Origin: an uncultured Marinobacterium sp. | GTDB lineage: Bacteria > Pseudomonadota > Gammaproteobacteria > Pseudomonadales > Balneatricaceae | DNA: 64,000 nucleotides | Direction of reading: 5' to 3' | NCBI GenBank assembly: GCA_963666955.1 | Contig: OY762942.1 | Location: 297,269-361,268, forward strand | Shown: one piece after another, positions 58,997-64,000 of the stretch | Layout of the letters: each line of letters opens with the position of its first letter | Numbering within the stretch: position 1 is the first letter of the stretch | Notes under the pieces: model-generated | The model's input: the letters and a program-made list of their open reading frames with translations, nothing else | What the model was told of the DNA's origin: nothing | The model's database searches: none | Made by a program: the position numbers and the translations under genes

Positions 58997-59986
58997 CTAG
59001 AGCAGCGTCAGCGGCGGCTCACGCAGGGCGCTCAGCTGTTCGCGCAGCTGCAGAATGTGCTCGCCCCAGTAGCGTTCGGTATTGAACCAGGGGAAGTTGT
59101 GCGGGAACGCCGGGTCCTGCCAGCGCCGCGCCAGCCAGGCGCTGTAGTGCAGCATGCGCAGGGTGCGCAGCGCCTCCACCAGATGCAGCTCACGCGGGTC
59201 GAAATCGGCGAACTCGCGGTAGCCCTCGATCACCTCGGACAGCTGAAGCTGCTGCTGTTGCCGATCGTCCCCGGTGAGCAGCATCCACAGGTCCTGGATC
59301 GCCGGCGCCATGCGCGCATCGTCGAAGTCGACGAAGTTGGGCGTATCCTCGCGCCAGAGAATATTACCGCCGTGGCAGTCGCCATGGACCCGGATCCGGC
59401 GGACATCGCCTGCCGCCCGGTAGCATTCGTCTATGCCCACCAGCAGGTCGGCGGTCAGGCTGGTGTAGGCCTCGCGCAGGGAGGGCGGAATGAAGTCGCG
59501 GGCGATCAGCTCGATGCTGTCGCGACCGTAGCTCTGAATATCCAGCTGCGGCCGGGTCTGGAACGGATGCATGGCACCGACCAGGTGGATACGCCCCAGC
59601 GTCTGCCCCAGCTGGTACAGATGATCGGGGTCGCCCAGCTCCGGCGCACGGCCACCCCGACGGGGATAGAGCGCCAGGCGGTAGCCACCGAAATGGAACA
59701 GGCTTTCGCCCTGAGCATTGCACAACGGCGCCACCACCGGCAGCTCCTGTTCGGCCAGCTCGAAGCAGAACTGGTGCTCCTCCAGAATCTGCGCATCGCT
59801 CCAGCGCCCGGGACGGTAGAACTTGGCGATCAGCGGCTCACGTTCGTCCAGTCCCACCTGGTAGACCCGGTTCTCGTAGCTGTTCAGGGCCAGGATGCGG
59901 CCATCGCTGAGATAGTCCAGCGACTCGACCGCATCGATGACGGCATCGGGAGTAAGCTGGTAGAACGGCTGGCTGTTGTCCGACAT
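58997..59986 (-). CDS. srkA: Stress-response serine/threonine kinase SrkA (YihE/RdoA)
   Basis: 329 aa, YihE-like (LNSYENRVYQV…HGDCHGGNILW…FDD). Confidence 0.85.
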   Translation of the reverse strand: MSDNSQPFYQLTPDAVIDAVESLDYLSDGRILALNSYENRVYQVGLDEREPLIAKFYRPGRWSDAQILEEHQFCFELAEQELPVVAPLCNAQGESLFHFGGYRLALYPRRGGRAPELGDPDHLYQLGQTLGRIHLVGAMHPFQTRPQLDIQSYGRDSIELIARDFIPPSLREAYTSLTADLLVGIDECYRAAGDVRRIRVHGDCHGGNILWREDTPNFVDFDDARMAPAIQDLWMLLTGDDRQQQQLQLSEVIEGYREFADFDPRELHLVEALRTLRMLHYSAWLARRWQDPAFPHNFPWFNTERYWGEHILQLREQLSALREPPLTLL

Positions 59987-60165
59987 GGCGCACCTGCATC
60001 GTGGATAAACGCCTATTCTAGCGCTGCAGTCCGGTCCGGCTCCAACCTTTCGGTCGACAATAGCGGGCTGATGAGATGGTTTGACCCCGCCATTGGCCTT
60101 TCGGAGTACCCTGCCCCTGCCACATGCGCAATAATAGCGTCAGACATCAACACATGGAGCGACCG

Positions 60166-60624
60166 ATGAAAGCGATACCGACAATGCTGCTCGCAGCCAG
60201 CCTGAGTGTAGCCAGCGTCCAGGCTGAACCCCTGGTTGACGCCACCAATCCGGAAACACTCGTCCAGCTGGTGCGGGGATTCGGCTCGGCCACCCTGGAG
60301 AAGGATGACTATGGCGATCCGCTGATCACCGGTCGTATCAACGGCAGCAAATACGGCATCTACTTCTACGGCTGCGACGACAACCGCAACTGCAACGACG
60401 TCCAGTTCTCTGCCGCCTGGTCCGGCTATGACGTCTCCATGAGCCGGCTCAACGAGTGGAACAAGACCAAGCGCTACGGCAAGGCCTATCTGGACGACGA
60501 CGGCGATCCCAACATCGAGTTGATCGTCAACCTGAAGTACGGCGTCAGCCGTGACAACTTTGACGACACCATCGACTGGTGGATGCTGACCATGAAAGAG
60601 TTCGAGCAGTACATCAACGAATGA
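60166..60624 (+). CDS. Secreted YbjN-domain protein
   Basis: ORF 60124-60624. ATG at 60166 after GGAG preferred. Has a signal peptide (LLAASLSVASVQA) and a YbjN-like core (YGIYFYGCDDNRNCNDVQF). Confidence 0.6.
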   Translation: MKAIPTMLLAASLSVASVQAEPLVDATNPETLVQLVRGFGSATLEKDDYGDPLITGRINGSKYGIYFYGCDDNRNCNDVQFSAAWSGYDVSMSRLNEWNKTKRYGKAYLDDDGDPNIELIVNLKYGVSRDNFDDTIDWWMLTMKEFEQYINE

Positions 60625-60662
60625 TCCCCGGCCGGGGAGGCAGCAGCGCCGCCCCGGCCTCT

Positions 60663-61559
60663 TTACAGCTGATCCTGCAGCATCTCCCGCAGCATCCAGT
60701 CGCGGATTGCCTCCATTCCGTGGGTCAGCTGGCGCTTTTCCTGGTACACCAGATAGAACCCCTTGGGCTTGTCCAGCGTAATGTCGAACGGCACCACCAG
60801 CTGGCCCGAGTCCAGTTCGCGCTGCACCAGCGCCCGGTCCGCCAGCGCCACCCCTATGCCTTCGATGGCGGCGGAGACCGCCAGCGCCGTGCTGGAAAAC
60901 GACATGGTGCGGGTCAGGCCGGTGGCGCGTACGCCCAGCTGCCTCAGGATCTGCTGCCACTCCTGCCGCCGCCCGCTGACGTGGATCAGCGTCGTGCTCA
61001 ACAGATCACACGGCTCCTTCAGTCCCTTATCCAGAAGCGCCGGGCTGCACACCGGCGTCGACACCAGATGGCGCAGAAAATGGATATCCACCCCTTTCCA
61101 GTCGCCCTCGCCGTAATAGACCGCCATATCGGTATCCGAATGCTCGAAGTCGACATAGCCGGTGGTGGCGCTGAATCTAAGCTCCACATCGGGATACTGC
61201 TCCTGAAAGCGGGAGATGCGCGGCACCAGCCAGCGGCTGAGAAACGCCGGCGCAACACTGATATTGACGGCGCTGAGGTTGGGCGAGGTCATCAGCCGGC
61301 GGGTCGCGCTCTCCACCTCGTCCAGCGCCAGCTGGATGGAGGGCAGGTAACGTTCACCGGCGGCGGTCAGGCTGACCTGACGACGCTCACGCCGAAACAG
61401 CTTCAAACCCAAGAATTCTTCAAGTGACTTGACCTGATGACTGATCGCCGAAGGCGTGACGCACAGCTCCTCGGCGGCCTCGTTAAAGCTCTGATTGCGG
61501 GCGGCAGACTCGAAACTGCGCAGGGCATTGAGTGGCGGAAGGCGACGGATGACAGGCAC
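60663..61559 (-). CDS. LysR-family regulator (GcvA-like)
   Basis: 298 aa with the HTH LPPLNALRSFESAARNQSFNEAAEELCVTPSAISHQVKSLE. Confidence 0.85.
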   Translation of the reverse strand: MPVIRRLPPLNALRSFESAARNQSFNEAAEELCVTPSAISHQVKSLEEFLGLKLFRRERRQVSLTAAGERYLPSIQLALDEVESATRRLMTSPNLSAVNISVAPAFLSRWLVPRISRFQEQYPDVELRFSATTGYVDFEHSDTDMAVYYGEGDWKGVDIHFLRHLVSTPVCSPALLDKGLKEPCDLLSTTLIHVSGRRQEWQQILRQLGVRATGLTRTMSFSSTALAVSAAIEGIGVALADRALVQRELDSGQLVVPFDITLDKPKGFYLVYQEKRQLTHGMEAIRDWMLREMLQDQL

Positions 61560-61678
61560 TCCTGTGACTGTTTAGTTTTTTTCAACTATAGCCTGAAAAT
61601 CTATCCTTTGTCGCCTATCCGGTTAGACCTTAGTATAACCCTTGTAAATTAACTACAAACAAGGAGCTCTACTCTAAT

Positions 61679-61864
61679 ATGTCCGACTTCAATCGCATGG
61701 TAATGACACAGAATGGTCTGGTCGACGTGGATTACTATGTTGAGCAGGCTCGCCGCGAGCGCGCCGAGTACATCGCGAACGGCATCAAGTCACTGGTCAG
61801 CGGCATCGCCCGCATGCTCAAGCCCCGCCGCCCTCTGGCAGGCGCTTCAGCACTGGTACACTGA
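61679..61864 (+). CDS. Small hypothetical protein
   Basis: 61-aa ORF with AAGGAG upstream, divergent from the LysR gene. Confidence 0.45.
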   Translation: MSDFNRMVMTQNGLVDVDYYVEQARRERAEYIANGIKSLVSGIARMLKPRRPLAGASALVH

Positions 61865-61898
61865 GTAGACGCTGGGGCGGATTCAATGTTCCGCCCCA

Positions 61899-63290
61899 TC
61901 AGTCGACTGCCGCCACCAACCTTTCATTCCCCCCCTCTTCCACCTCGACCACGGCCTGCCGCAACGCCTCGAAGCAGTACGCGTCAATCGCGGTATGTAC
62001 GCTCTCGGCCATCATTTCCAACGTTCTGGGCACCGGGATAGCCCCTCGATAGGGCCGCTCGGCAGTAATGGCATCAAAAATATCCGCCGTGGTGATGATC
62101 CGGGTCTCCAGTGAGATTTGTTCATCCTTGAGTCCGCGAGGGTAACCCTTGCCATCCAAACGCTCATGATGGGCTCCGGCCACCTGGGCCAGTTCGTCGA
62201 ACACACCAATACGTGACAAGATCTCTTCCGTGAAACGGGCATGTTTTTGTACCTGCCGCCATTCCTCGTCGTCCAGTTTACCCGGTTTATCCAGAATGCT
62301 GTTGCTGACGCCCAACTTGCCGATATCGTGCAACAGCGCGGCACGCCGCAGCCAGCGTCGCCGTTCGTCCGAAAGCCCCAGCTGCTTGGCAATGAGGTCG
62401 GTGTAGAGCGCCACCCGCTCACTGTGACCGGCCGTATAGGGACTCTTGGCATCGACCACCTGACCAAACGCCGCCGCTATCCGGTCCAGACAGTCATCGT
62501 CCACCGGCCATTCATGGGCCGCCGGCGGCAGGGTCAGGACCTGCTGCATCAGTTCATCACTGGCCAGGATGTGCCAGAAGGCCGGCTGTATCGCCACACG
62601 TTCCAGGGCATCCACCAGGGCCGGGTCAAACCAGCGTCCACAACGGTCACGCGCCTCGGCCAGCGCGGCCTCGGGGCCGGCAGCGGTATGGAAAACGTCG
62701 ACCACCTGCGCCAGCAGTGCAATACGGGAGAACAGCGGAATCTGCTCACCGGTTAATCCTGCGGGCCGACCGCTGCCGCTCCAGTGTTCGTCAAGGCTGT
62801 GAATGCCGGCCGCCACGACCTCGCTGAAGCCCAGATCGCGTGCGATGGCGGCGCCGCGCTCGCAACGGGTCTGGATCAGCTCATTCGCCAGGCCGTCACC
62901 TTCCCGAGCGATCCGCAGCAGGCGCTGGAAACGCTCGACAAGCCCCTGGTCACGGCCCGTGTGCTGAAGCAGAAAACGCACCACCTGACCCAGACTGCCA
63001 TCGACCCATTTGAAATCACGCTTGAAGCCAAGGTCATCAGCGCCATAAAGTTCGCAGATGCGTGCCGCATTGCTGCTGCAGCCAAGATCCTTGAGCAGCA
63101 GGGTGTAGTAGAGCTCCCAACGCGCCTCCGCTTCCAGCTCCAGCTGGTCGGCCAACTGCATACCGATCCAGCAACAGCGCATGCAGTGCCCGGGCGGCTG
63201 TCCCTCGGTCATGTCCAGCGCATGCGACAGCGCACTGATCAGCTCAGACAGCTTAAGCCCGCTGTAGCGAATCGTGCTCCAACGTTCCAT
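61899..63290 (-). CDS. HD-GYP domain c-di-GMP phosphodiesterase (tandem HD modules)
   Basis: 463 aa. The C-terminal module has HDIGK…HHERLDGKGYPRGL. The N-terminal module is degenerate. Confidence 0.85.
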   Translation of the reverse strand: MERWSTIRYSGLKLSELISALSHALDMTEGQPPGHCMRCCWIGMQLADQLELEAEARWELYYTLLLKDLGCSSNAARICELYGADDLGFKRDFKWVDGSLGQVVRFLLQHTGRDQGLVERFQRLLRIAREGDGLANELIQTRCERGAAIARDLGFSEVVAAGIHSLDEHWSGSGRPAGLTGEQIPLFSRIALLAQVVDVFHTAAGPEAALAEARDRCGRWFDPALVDALERVAIQPAFWHILASDELMQQVLTLPPAAHEWPVDDDCLDRIAAAFGQVVDAKSPYTAGHSERVALYTDLIAKQLGLSDERRRWLRRAALLHDIGKLGVSNSILDKPGKLDDEEWRQVQKHARFTEEILSRIGVFDELAQVAGAHHERLDGKGYPRGLKDEQISLETRIITTADIFDAITAERPYRGAIPVPRTLEMMAESVHTAIDAYCFEALRQAVVEVEEGGNERLVAAVD

Positions 63291-63346
63291 ATTCCCTCCT
63301 GCGCAAACACCTCAATCGGCCATCGGGCCGATCCATACCTGTTAGA

Positions 63347-64000
63347 TCACGCCCAACGAGACCCCTGACGGAACCAGCGCGTCCAGGCCGCGTTGAGCCA
63401 GATGGCGGCCAGAATCACGCCGCCGCCGATCAACAGACGGGACAGGTCCGCCTCCCGGTTCCAGATCAGCAGATTGACCACCAGCCCCGCCGGGATCAGT
63501 GCATTATTCATGATCCCCAGCGTCCCCGCATCCACCCGGGTGGCGCCGCGGTTCCAGAAAAAGAATCCCAGCCCCGAGGCCACCAGCCCCAGCCAGACTA
63601 GCACCCCCCAGTGTAGCCCGGTCTGCGGCAGTTTGTCCGAATTTCCCAGCAACAGCCAGGCCGGCAGTACCAGCAGGAAGGCTCCGATGAAAAAGAAGCC
63701 GAAACTGTGCCAGGCCTGGCGAGCACTCTGAGCATAGTGACGATTCAAATGCGCGTAACCGACCTGACCCGCCGCAAACGCCAGGTTGGCCAGCTGCAGG
63801 ATCAGGAAACCTCGGATGAAGTCGTCACTGACATGGTCATAGCGAATGATGGCGGCGCCGATCACCGCCACCAGCGTCGACACCAGCGGGGCCAGACTGA
63901 AGCGACGCCGCAGGGTGTTGTCGATCAGCGCCACGTACAGCGGCGTGAAGATGGTGAACAGCAGCACTTCAGGCACGCTGAGAAATTCAAAGGAGAGATA
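63347..64000 (-). CDS. EamA/DMT-family transporter, N-terminus beyond window edge
   Basis: Polytopic membrane ORF that is open to the window end. The C-terminal half is EamA-repeat-like. Confidence 0.75.
   Translation of the reverse strand, partial: YLSFEFLSVPEVLLFTIFTPLYVALIDNTLRRRFSLAPLVSTLVAVIGAAIIRYDHVSDDFIRGFLILQLANLAFAAGQVGYAHLNRHYAQSARQAWHSFGFFFIGAFLLVLPAWLLLGNSDKLPQTGLHWGVLVWLGLVASGLGFFFWNRGATRVDAGTLGIMNNALIPAGLVVNLLIWNREADLSRLLIGGGVILAAIWLNAAWTRWFRQGSRWA

Overview
The window looks like a high-GC gammaproteobacterial chromosome; this is inferred from gene content and codon style, and no taxon can be proven from the sequence alone. All calls rest on manual reading of the sequence and the ORF track, so motif coordinates may be off by a few nt.

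Most of the window is core metabolism:
- An RND efflux pump.
- A roughly 16 kb minus-strand cobalamin salvage and uptake cluster (btuB through cobS) behind a clear B12 riboswitch.
- Two tandem bacterioferritin genes.
- metE and metR, ahpC and ahpF, a glutathione-dependent formaldehyde detoxification pair, three c-di-GMP enzymes, two SIR2 proteins and a Phd/ParE toxin-antitoxin pair.

Three regions stand out:
1. An AT-richer island of about 7.6 kb (33.3-40.9 kb). It carries vsr, a fossil 3' end of an older dcm gene, a full-length 5mC methyltransferase, and a tightly coupled four-gene operon (74-aa protein, 634-aa GHKL/MORC-like ATPase, two unknown proteins). I cannot assign this operon to any named defence system, and it is my top candidate for a novel methylation-linked system.
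2. An eight-gene cluster (44.7-52.9 kb) matching what I recall as the functionally unsolved GAK system: a CofD-like protein, an ATP-grasp enzyme, an HprK-related kinase and an amphi-Trp protein, plus three phosphatases and a Nudix domain.
3. A candidate Fur-box-controlled small RNA placed back-to-back with the bacterioferritin promoter.

No tRNA, rRNA, CRISPR array, IS element or integrase was found.
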